From an uncultured Chloroflexia bacterium (GTDB lineage Bacteria; Chloroflexota; Limnocylindria; Limnocylindrales; CSP1-4), in contig CAWIYR010000003.1 in assembly GCA_963840375.1 (NCBI GenBank), positions 218,299 to 282,298 of the forward strand: 64,000 nt of DNA. The letters run 5' to 3'. Within the stretch, counting starts at the first letter, position 1. Each line of letters starts with the position of its first letter. The notes under the pieces were generated by a model that did not search any database, was not told the DNA's origin, and saw only the letters and a program-made list of their open reading frames with translations. The translations under genes and the position numbers were made by a program. This document shows, piece after piece, positions 50,101 through 57,623 of the stretch.

Positions 50101-51461
50101 TCGGGAGTGTCCGGCCACTCCTCCTCGCTGGGGTGGACCCCGCCCGACATGTACGCGCCCCGGAGGAGACGCAGGCTCGGTTCGATGAGGTCGATCCGGG
50201 CGCCGTCCGCCCCGAGGAGACGAGCGGCCTCGTCCACGGTCTGCTGGACCACGGAGCCCGGCTCGCGGATCGCGCTGATCCGGGCGGCGATGCCGAGGAG
50301 GCTCCGCTCGACCTCGGACCGGTGAGCGAGCTCGGCCTGGGACTCGGTCAGGTCGGCCATCCGACGGGCGGTCGTCAGGGCCACCGCCGCGTGATCGGCC
50401 AGCGCTCCGACGAGCGCGGCATCGTCCGGGTCGAAGGCGTCCGGCCGGGTCGAGTAGACCTCGAGCGCGCCGAGCGGCCGGGCGTCGTCGCCGATCGGGG
50501 CGGCGATCATCGATCGGAAGCCGGTGACCGCGAAGAAGTGGTCGGACTCGGCGGACCTGGGGAACTCGGCGACGAGGTCGTCGCCGGCCACCAGGACGGT
50601 CCGCTGCTCCACGGCGCGCCCGGTGAGGCCGACACCGATCGGCAGCGTGTAGTCGCCGATGTCCTCCGGTCCGAACCGGTCGGAGAGACCCGAGTCGTAG
50701 GCCCAGGCCAGGATATGCGTCCCGGGCTGGAGGACGTCGAGGACCGCCCCGTCCCCGTCCACCAGCCGGTTCGCCTCGTCGACGACGTACTGGAGCAGGT
50801 CGGCCGGGTCGGTGATCGCCGCGAACCGGGCGGCGATCTCGCGGAGCGACCGTTCGTTCTCCGCCCGCCGGGCCAGCTCCATCCGGGAGCGCCCGAGCTC
50901 GTCGATGAGGCGCTCGTTGGCGACCGTCCCGGCGATGTGATCAGCGAGGGTGCCGAGGAGCGTGACCCTCGCCTCGTCGAACGCCGCTGGGCGATCCGAG
51001 TAGACGGCAAGGACTCCGGCCGCCACGGCGTCGATGACGATCGGGACCGCGACCATCGCCCGGATGCCGAGCTGGCGGACGGCTGCCGCCTCGGTCCGAC
51101 CCGGGACGAACGAGCGATCCTCGAGGTAGTCGTCGGTGACGACCGGACGGCCGGAGACCATGGCCTTGACGAGGATGCCGTCGAGCTTCCTGGGGTCCCG
51201 CAGGGTCGCCTGCCAACGGGCCAGGCGATCGGCCGGGAGCGGCTCGGCGGTCGCGGAAAGCAGGACACCGTCGGGACCTTCGCCCCGCAGGAAGACGAGC
51301 CCACCCCGGGCGGAGGTCAGTCGGACGGCCTCGTCGACGGACCGCCGGGGCGACTCGTCGCGCGGCGCGGGGGCGCGATCGACGAGCGGCGCGCTGGCAG
51401 GGTCGGCGGTGGTCACGGCGGGCCCACGATACGTCACCCGCGCGCGCGTGATGCTCGACAT
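47124..51461 (-). CDS. Very large cytoplasmic sensor histidine kinase with about seven tandem GAF domains, a PAS-like segment, HisKA_3 and HATPase_c
   Basis: 1445-aa ORF with repeated GAF-linker modules (ELARRAENERSLREIAARF..., EVARRADAERSLREIAARI..., DVARRAETERALREIAARI...), H-box EERAHLARELHDSVTQ and C-terminal GxGxG ATPase. Confidence 0.85.
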   Translation of the reverse strand: MSSITRARVTYRGPAVTTADPASAPLVDRAPAPRDESPRRSVDEAVRLTSARGGLVFLRGEGPDGVLLSATAEPLPADRLARWQATLRDPRKLDGILVKAMVSGRPVVTDDYLEDRSFVPGRTEAAAVRQLGIRAMVAVPIVIDAVAAGVLAVYSDRPAAFDEARVTLLGTLADHIAGTVANERLIDELGRSRMELARRAENERSLREIAARFAAITDPADLLQYVVDEANRLVDGDGAVLDVLQPGTHILAWAYDSGLSDRFGPEDIGDYTLPIGVGLTGRAVEQRTVLVAGDDLVAEFPRSAESDHFFAVTGFRSMIAAPIGDDARPLGALEVYSTRPDAFDPDDAALVGALADHAAVALTTARRMADLTESQAELAHRSEVERSLLGIAARISAIREPGSVVQQTVDEAARLLGADGARIDLIEPSLRLLRGAYMSGGVHPSEEEWPDTPDETLDTGVSGLAVAQNRTFFTGDYLADDRFRHGSGSDVYIRNQAIRSVMAAPLVGEDGPFGALTVFSTRSSAFDEADAGVLESIANHAAIALTNARLIEALDRSRGEVARRADAERSLREIAARISSIRAPAEVIQHAVDESVRLLRADQARIELIDAATDQLRVAYMSSRDRRTPPDRRAGAGRPAGTGVGGRVVATGERYSTGDYLLDTGFEHDAAEDVYVAAVGLRSVLSVPLSGEDGTIGVLSVGSSTPDAFDAFDAELLDALATQVSVAIATARLIEALDGSRQDVARRAETERALREIAARITALHDPATILEQAAAEAGRLLDAEGATIDLLTPVGSGSGFWFAVGVAQNDVNAPALMDVETAVGVGISGRALAEGRPIATGDYLTDPSFNHEPSRDAFIASEGIHSVMAAPLATDAGPVGVLNVHALRRDAFGPDELRIIGTIADLATIAVTNAGLIERLNRSAADVARRADMEHALREIATSLVGTRDPETVLHLVVDEAIRILRGHGALLDLVVAERGTLRTTYDAGLSQRVGGERVREQELPVGQGISGRAVAERRVIVTGDYLADESIEHEAEADDFIRRAGIRSLVAAPLLGEDEVLGALEVFSERPDAFGPDEIAILEAFAGQAALALASARLWGRLEASEERHRRLATTSPDLIWSASPDGVFTFISEASRELLGLTPDELVGRHFATVVAPVSIPRAMDRWTRILAQPTQRQLVPLDLVRSDGTVVPTEITAVGVVVDGRLVGVHGSTRDVRDRNRLELELRRQAAEIAAGEERAHLARELHDSVTQALFSMTLITRSVEILVERDPVAAVARLETLRELQRDALAEMRALIFELRPGSLERDGLAQALRTHAAAVEGRTGLSIVVDCLDPTDRLPLQTEDVLYRIGQEALHNVVKHAGATRARLTIARSDGAVELSVEDDGSGFDPTSVGSGHLGLDGMRVRAERAGGRLEVEAAPGRGTIVRAILPTETEVTSG

Positions 51462-51478
51462 CCGTCGGGTCGGACCAT

Positions 51479-51496
51479 CGACATCTGTGGATGTCG
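51479..51496. promoter_or_regulatory. Inverted repeat CGACATC-tgtg-GATGTCG, with a third CGACATC half-site overlapping the HK start codon; candidate operator between divergent genes
   Basis: Perfect 7-bp arms 17 nt upstream of the HK start (51461). Confidence 0.35.
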
Positions 51497-51625
51497 GACG
51501 CCGTCCTTCATCGGGCGAGCGGGTCGTCGTTCCGCGCTGTCGGGCTCCGCCGCGCGGCCCGGAGACTCCGGACAGCGGCGGTCGTCCCGAACCGCCACAC
51601 CGGACGAACTCCCTGGAGGACCACG

Positions 51626-52069
51626 ATGACCAGCTCCGCTCGCTCGACGGCCGGCCCCGGCGCCGTCGATGTCGCCATCCGCCTCGCGATCGTCGGCCTG
51701 ACCCTGGCGACCGCCTACGTCCACTCGACCCTCGGCGGCCTCATGTTCACGGCCAACGCCGTGGGCTTCGCGGCCCTTGCCGTTGCGATGATCGTCCCCG
51801 TCCCGATCGCGGCCCGCTACCGCGGTCTCATCCAGCTGGCGCTCGGTGGCTTCGCCGCGGCGACGATCGGCGGCTGGCTGATGTTCGGCGCCCGCTACTC
51901 GACCGGATACATCGCCACCGGGATCGAGCTCGCGATCGTCGCCCTCGTCGCCGTCGCGACGTACCGCGCCTACGGCAGTCCGGTCGCCATGGCCCGGTCA
52001 GTGGTCGCCATCGCCCGGTCCGTGGTCGCCCGCGTCGCCCGACCCTCGAGCGCCGGCGCGCCGGCCTGA
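51626..52069 (+). CDS. Hypothetical small integral membrane protein (about 4 TM)
   Basis: GGAGG 6 nt before the ATG at 51626; hydrophobic helices. Confidence 0.5.
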   Translation: MTSSARSTAGPGAVDVAIRLAIVGLTLATAYVHSTLGGLMFTANAVGFAALAVAMIVPVPIAARYRGLIQLALGGFAAATIGGWLMFGARYSTGYIATGIELAIVALVAVATYRAYGSPVAMARSVVAIARSVVARVARPSSAGAPA

Positions 52070-52128
52070 CCCCTGCGACCGTCGACCACCCGCGGGCCAC
52101 GACCCGCGTCACCAAAGGAGATCCTTCG

Positions 52129-52521
52129 ATGACCCGCATCCTCTCGCGAGCCACCTTCGCCGGCGCCCTGCTCCTGGTGGCGCTCACCGCCGCCGCCTGC
52201 GGCCAGGCCTCGGGCGCCCAGCCGGCGAGCGCCGGCCCGGTCGACCCCGACGCCGTGAAGATCGTCGCCAGCGGCCAGTCGTTCGTGACCGCGGACGTCG
52301 CGGCCCCGGCCGGCCGGCCGTTCCAGATCTCGTTCGAGAGCCGGACCGGCGACCCGCACGACATCGCGATCGGCGCCGACGGATCGGACCCGGTCTTCCG
52401 CTCCGACGTCTACTCGGGCCCCGGAACGACCACCTTCCAGGTCCCGGCCCTGGCCGCCGGGACGTACACGTTCAAGTGCGACGTCCACCCCGGCATGACG
52501 GGGACCATCACGGTCAGGTAG
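52129..52521 (+). CDS. Cupredoxin-like (type 1 blue copper, plastocyanin/pseudoazurin-like) lipoprotein
   Basis: Signal peptide with lipobox (LTAAACG), a copper site (DPHD...KCDVHPGM: His, Cys-x2-His-x2-Met), and AAAGGAG 8 nt before the ATG. Confidence 0.75.
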   Translation: MTRILSRATFAGALLLVALTAAACGQASGAQPASAGPVDPDAVKIVASGQSFVTADVAAPAGRPFQISFESRTGDPHDIAIGADGSDPVFRSDVYSGPGTTTFQVPALAAGTYTFKCDVHPGMTGTITVR

Positions 52522-52553
52522 CGACCGTCCCAACCCGTCGCCCCGCCCTCCTC

Positions 52554-52588
52554 CGAACGACCCCTGGCCCCGGGCCAGGGGTCGTTCG
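52554..52588. terminator. 16-bp perfect-stem hairpin (cgaacgacccctggcc-ccg-ggccaggggtcgttcg) between convergent genes
   Basis: Seen directly in the sequence. Confidence 0.5.
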
Positions 52589-52633
52589 CACGTGCGCCGG
52601 CCCATGGCCCGGAGCCGGGGCGCGGTCCCGCCG

Positions 52634-53437
52634 TCAGCTCGGGGCGGCGAGGTCCCGCCGCGGGAAGATCGCCAGGGCGGCCGCGACGGCGACGACGATG
52701 ACGGCCGTCGGGGCGATCCAGTCGGCCGGCGGCATCGTCCCGGCGAGCGCGCCCCGCGGATCGAGGTAGTGGAACAGCGACCACGGCTGCAGGCCGCGGG
52801 CATCGGGCCAGAGCGACCCGAGGATCTCGAGGAAGTATGAGACGAGAACGACGGTCAGGCTCACCGTCAGGGCCGGCGAGAGGCGGTCGAACGAGACGGA
52901 CGCGAGGAGCGAGACCGCGCCGATCGCCACGAAGACCAGGCAGGCATTGAGCCACATCAGGGCCAGCCGGTCCGCCCCGAGGGCGCCCAGCTCGCCGCTC
53001 ATCGCCGATCCGACCACGATACCCGCGACCTGGGCGGTGATCGCGAGCACGGTGAACACGATGCTGGCCGCCAGCAGGGTGAGGTACAACCGTCGACGCG
53101 AGATCGGCCTGGCCAGAAGCACCTCGAGGGTCCCGCGCTGCCGCTCGCCGGCGACCGCATTGACCGTGAACCCGAGGGCGAAGACGAGGACCATCGCCAC
53201 GGCCATGGGGTGGATGAACCCGATGGCCACGACGCCCTCGAGGCTGAACATGTCCCCGCCGCCGAAGCTCATCAGCTGCTTCGGGATGAGGCCGGAGTCG
53301 ACGATGAACGAGATCTGGGCCTGGAACGCCTTGTAGATGACCGGCATCAGCGAGCCCCAGATCGCGAGCGCGACGGCGACCACGAGGAGCTTGAGGCGCT
53401 GCGCCTCCCAGGTCCGGACGAAGAGGGCGCGGCTCAT
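52634..53437 (-). CDS. ABC-2 type transporter permease
   Basis: ATG at 53437; six TM segments; ATGA overlap with the ATPase gene. Confidence 0.8.
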   Translation of the reverse strand: MSRALFVRTWEAQRLKLLVVAVALAIWGSLMPVIYKAFQAQISFIVDSGLIPKQLMSFGGGDMFSLEGVVAIGFIHPMAVAMVLVFALGFTVNAVAGERQRGTLEVLLARPISRRRLYLTLLAASIVFTVLAITAQVAGIVVGSAMSGELGALGADRLALMWLNACLVFVAIGAVSLLASVSFDRLSPALTVSLTVVLVSYFLEILGSLWPDARGLQPWSLFHYLDPRGALAGTMPPADWIAPTAVIVVAVAAALAIFPRRDLAAPS

Positions 53438-54402
53438 CCCGACCCCAGCGGTTCGGTCGAGAGGTCGTCGGCATCGCCGGTGTCCTCGCCCTCGTAGAAC
53501 TCGAGGAACGCCTCCTCGAGGTGGGCCGGCTCGATCGTCAGGTCGGTGACGGCGACGCCGTCGAGCGCGTGGAGGAACGGCGCGACGTCGCCATCGAGGC
53601 GGCAGCTGAGCAGGCCGTCGTGGACGGTCAGACCGCTCACCCCCGGCACCGTCGAGAGGTCCGGCGGCACCCCCCGGACGCGGAGCTCGACGTGGCGCTT
53701 GCGGCGCTCGAGGAGCGGACCGATGTCCTCCAGGGCGACGAGCCGGCCGCGCCGGACGATCGCCACGCGATCGCAGACCCGCTCGACCTCGGAGAGGACG
53801 TGGGACGAGAAGAAGATCGTCCGGCCGGCCGCCCGGAGGTCGTCGAGGATGTCGTAGAACGCCCGCTGCATGAGTGGGTCGAGGCCCTCCGTGGGCTCGT
53901 CGAGGATGGCCAGCTCGGGGTCGTGCTGGAGGGCCTGGATGATGCCGATCTTCTGGCGCATGCCGCGCGAGTAGTCGCGGACCGGACGGCGGAGGGTCCG
54001 GGCGGAGAGCTCGAGACGGTCGAGGAGCCCGGACCGGGCGGTCGGTGGCCCGTCGTAGAAGCGCCCGAGGTAGTCGAGCAGGTCCGACCCGGTCAGCCCG
54101 TCGTAGAGGGCGATGCCCCCGGGCAGGTAGCCGACCCGCCCTCGGATCGCCACCGAGTCCACCCGGCTGTCGAGGCCCAGGACCTCCGCGCGTCCGGCGG
54201 TCGGGTGGAGGAACCCGAGCAGAAGCCGGATCGCCGTGCTCTTGCCCGCCCCGTTCGGCCCGAGGAAGCCGAAGACCTCGCCGGGGTGGACGGTGATCGA
54301 CACGTCGCGCAGGGCGACGACCTCGTGGGACGCCGGCAGGGGTCCGCGACGCGGACGGCCGTACCGCTTGGAGAGGCCCTCGGTCCGGATCGCATCCACC
54401 AC
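53434..54402 (-). CDS. ABC transporter ATP-binding protein
   Basis: Walker A GPNGAGKST, signature YSRGMRQKI, Walker B LAILDEPT. Confidence 0.85.
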   Translation of the reverse strand: MVDAIRTEGLSKRYGRPRRGPLPASHEVVALRDVSITVHPGEVFGFLGPNGAGKSTAIRLLLGFLHPTAGRAEVLGLDSRVDSVAIRGRVGYLPGGIALYDGLTGSDLLDYLGRFYDGPPTARSGLLDRLELSARTLRRPVRDYSRGMRQKIGIIQALQHDPELAILDEPTEGLDPLMQRAFYDILDDLRAAGRTIFFSSHVLSEVERVCDRVAIVRRGRLVALEDIGPLLERRKRHVELRVRGVPPDLSTVPGVSGLTVHDGLLSCRLDGDVAPFLHALDGVAVTDLTIEPAHLEEAFLEFYEGEDTGDADDLSTEPLGSG

Positions 54403-54549
54403 GCCCCAAGGCTACAACGCGCCGTCGGACCGGCGGTCGGGCGGGCCGCGCCATGACCCGTTCGGTCGGCCCGGGGCTGGTCCTGTCGGGTACTGGAGCG
54501 GGGCCCGGAAGCAGGGCATCGTGCTAGCCTCACCCGCTGGAGACGTTCC

Positions 54550-55889
54550 TTGTCCGTGCCCGACCGGCGACCGCTCCGACTCCGCCCGCACGCCCGAGCG
54601 ACGACCGCGACCGTCCTGGCCGTCGTCGGGGCGATGCTCGTGGGCGGGTCGTTCGCGGCGGCCGCCGCCCCGACGCCGACGCCCAGGGTCGATCCCGCGC
54701 CGCCGCCGCCGACGACGATCACGTTCTACGGACGCGGCTACGGCCACGGGGTCGGCATGTCGCAGTACGGGGCCCGGGGTCGGGCGCTGGCCGGCCAGGA
54801 TGCGGCGACGATCCTGGCCCACTACTACCGGGGCACGACGCCCGGCGCCACCAGCCCCGACCCGCGCGATCCGGGTCCTCGTGCTCCACGCGTTCAGGCC
54901 GACGACCGCGGTCCCGCTCCGGCTCTACGGGCGAGGCGGGACGTGGACGATCGACGGCGTCGCCGGGACGTTCCCGCCCGGCGCGAGGCTCCTCGTCACG
55001 CGAGACGTCGACCGGCTTCCGCATCTCCGTGCGGAGCGTGGCCGGCGTCACGCTCCTGAGTCGGTCCACGGCCGCCGACCTCCGGGTCCGACCCACGAAC
55101 CCTGAGAGCGGGCGGATCCAGGTCTGGTCCAAGCCGGGCTCCTACGACACGTATCGCGGGGTCATCCGGATCCGGGCCGCGTCCGGCGGCATCGACGCCA
55201 TCGACGAGGTCGGGCTCGACGCCTACCTCCTGGGCGTGGTCCCGGCCGAGATGCCGTCCAGCTGGCCGGTCGAGGCGCTCAAGGCCCAGGCGATCGCCTC
55301 GCGCAGTTACGCCGCCCGCCGGCTTCACCCGAAGACCGGGACCTGGGACCTGTACGACGACACGCGGAGCCAGGTCTACCGTGGCTCGCTCGCCGAGAGG
55401 CCGGGGACGACCGCGGCGGTCGGCGCGACCGCCGGGCAGGTCCTCCGGAGCGGCACGGCGATCGCCAACACCCTCTACCACTCGACGGGCGGGGGCGCCA
55501 CCGAGGACAACGAGAACGTCTTCGTCTCCGCGACCGGCGCCATCGTGGCCGGACCGGTCTCGTATCTGCGAGGCAGCGCGGACCGGGCTCCCGACGGGAC
55601 CGCGTACGACGCCGCCGCACCGCGAGCGACCTGGCAGACCGCCGCCTACACGATGGACGAGCTGTCGACGATCTTCGCCGGGGACGCTCGAACGAACGTC
55701 GGGAGCCTGACCGCGCTCGACCTGACCCGGGTGGGGGTCTCCGGGCGGCTGATCAGCGTCACGCTGACCGGCAGCCTCGGGGCGAAGACCGTCGCCGGCG
55801 ACGTCTTCCGGTCCGTGTTCAACAGCCGATCGCCGGCCGCCGATCCGGCCATGTGGAGCACGCTCGTCTCGACCGAGCCGATCCCCTAG
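54550..55889 (+). CDS. SpoIID/LytB-domain protein (peptidoglycan amidase enhancer-like), secreted; two frameshifts near 54850 and 55030
   Basis: Signal peptide, then GYGHGVGMSQYGARGRA in frame 1; IRVLVLHAF...LRLYGRGGTWTIDG in frame 2; ...LDAYLLGVVPAEMPSSWPVEALKAQAIASRSYA... in frame 0. Confidence 0.7.
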
Positions 55890-55947
55890 CGACCAGCCGG
55901 GGACCCGGGCCGCGCCATCGCGCCGCGGACCACTATCCTGCCGGTCC

Positions 55948-56559
55948 ATGGACCACCCGCCCGCTGAGCCCGGCTTCGACCCGTCCCTGCCCCGCTGCAG
56001 CTGGGCGGGCGCCGACGGCCCGCGGCCGGACCGGCTGATGGTCGCCTACCACGACACCGAGTGGGGCGTGCCGGTCCACGACGATGTCGAGCTGTTCGAG
56101 CGGCTCGCGCTCGAGGGCTTCCAGGCCGGCCTCGCCTGGTCGACGATCCTCCGCAAGCGGGAGGCGTTCCGGCTCGCGTTCCGCGGCTTCGACCCGGCGG
56201 TCGTCGTCGGCTTCGGCCCGACCGACCGCGAACGCCTCCTGGCCGATGCCGGGATCGTCCGCAACCGGGCGAAGGTGGACGCGACGATCGCCAACGCGGC
56301 ACGGTTCCTGGCGGTCGTCGCGGAGTCGGGATCGTTCGCGGCCTACCTCGCCGAGAAGGTCCCCGGGCCCGTCCGCGCGGTGGCCCCGGGGACGACGCCG
56401 GCCGACCTCCCCGCCCGGACCGACGCCTCCGACCGGCTGTCCACGGACCTCCGCCGACGCGGCTTCGGCTTCGTCGGCTCGACGATCGTGTACGCCTTCA
56501 TGCAGAGCGTCGGCCTCGTCGACGACCACCTCCCGGACTGCTTCCGCTACCGGGGCTGA
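55948..56559 (+). CDS. tag: DNA-3-methyladenine glycosylase I
   Basis: CSWAG...YHDTEWGVP...FERLALEGFQAGLAWSTIL... is Tag family. Confidence 0.85.
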   Translation: MDHPPAEPGFDPSLPRCSWAGADGPRPDRLMVAYHDTEWGVPVHDDVELFERLALEGFQAGLAWSTILRKREAFRLAFRGFDPAVVVGFGPTDRERLLADAGIVRNRAKVDATIANAARFLAVVAESGSFAAYLAEKVPGPVRAVAPGTTPADLPARTDASDRLSTDLRRRGFGFVGSTIVYAFMQSVGLVDDHLPDCFRYRG

Positions 56560-56572
56560 GGCGCGACCGCGT

Positions 56573-57076
56573 TCACGGCAGCCGAGAGGCGAACATCCGT
56601 CGTGGCTCGATCCGGAAGTAGGTCGCCGAATCGGTGGCCCAGTCGATCCATCCCGGACCGTAGCGTGGCGCGTACACGTCGACGAGCGTCTCGCGGAACG
56701 CCTGCTCGGCCGGGTCGGCCAGGTCGATGCGGACGGCCCGCCCATGGATGATGACGACGATCCGCTCGCCCTCGAGATAGGTGGCGCTGACCGCCGGCCG
56801 CACCGCCAGGTGACCGGCCCGAACGGAGCCGGGCGACGTCGCGAAGTGGATCCGGCCACGGTGGAAGATCCCGTCGGCGGGGGCGGTGAGTGGAGCGCCG
56901 GCGGCCGTCACGGTCGCGATCACGAGGACCCGCACCCCGGTGAGCAGGTCCGCGACCTCGCCCGCGGACAGCCGGGCCGCGTCGGCGAAGACCTCGCGGA
57001 GATGGACGCCGGCCGTCCCTCGACTCTCGTCGAGAAGGGCCTGGAGGGCCTCGAGGTCATCCTCCGTCTCGTGCAT
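56573..57076 (-). CDS. Pyridoxamine 5'-phosphate oxidase-like FMN-binding family protein
   Basis: Split-barrel-type sequence (...VLVIATVTAAGAPLTAPADGIFHRGRIHFATS...). Confidence 0.65.
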   Translation of the reverse strand: MHETEDDLEALQALLDESRGTAGVHLREVFADAARLSAGEVADLLTGVRVLVIATVTAAGAPLTAPADGIFHRGRIHFATSPGSVRAGHLAVRPAVSATYLEGERIVVIIHGRAVRIDLADPAEQAFRETLVDVYAPRYGPGWIDWATDSATYFRIEPRRMFASRLP

Positions 57077-57132
57077 CGCGGGTCAGCGCAGGCCGGGCCG
57101 CGCGATCACGCCACGGCCCCGGGCGGCGCCGC

Positions 57133-57570
57133 TCACTGGACGCAGAACTCGTTCCCTTCCGGGTCGTTCATCCGGACCCAGTACTCGCCCCGGAGATCCA
57201 TGGCCCCGCGCTCGTCGGTCGCACCGAGGGCCTTCAGGCGGGCGACCTCGGCATCGACCCGTGGGCGCCGCTCCGCGACGGGTACGCCATGATCGCCACT
57301 CACGTTGAGGTCGAGGTGCAGCCGGTTCTTGGCGACCTTGCCCTCGGGGACCTTCTGGAAGAACAGCCGCGGCCCGACCCCATCCGGGTCCTGGATGGCC
57401 GAGGCGTCGTTCCAGCTCTCCTCGGGGATGCCCTGGGCGCGCAGCCAGTCGTCCCAGGAGGCGAAGCCCTCGGGCGGGTCGGGCTGGATGTAGCCGAGGG
57501 CCGCCAGCCAGAACTCGGCCTGTCGGGCCGGGTCGGCACAGTCGAACACGATCTGGACACGGGTCGCCAT
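57133..57570 (-). CDS. VOC (glyoxalase/bleomycin-resistance-like) family protein
   Basis: MATRVQIVFDCADPARQAEFW...LHLDLNVS...GNEFCV; ATG at 57570. Confidence 0.7.
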   Translation of the reverse strand: MATRVQIVFDCADPARQAEFWLAALGYIQPDPPEGFASWDDWLRAQGIPEESWNDASAIQDPDGVGPRLFFQKVPEGKVAKNRLHLDLNVSGDHGVPVAERRPRVDAEVARLKALGATDERGAMDLRGEYWVRMNDPEGNEFCVQ

Positions 57571-57623
57571 CCGGGTCTCCTCCGCTGCGGTCGTGGTCGC
57601 CCAGTGTGCCTCGAACGGGGGAC

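Noticed and set aside
47560-51629. Plus-strand ORFs 48129..49595, 49842..51629 and others inside the GAF kinase gene
   Set aside because: All are antisense to a 1445-aa ORF with unmistakable GAF/HisKA/HATPase architecture.
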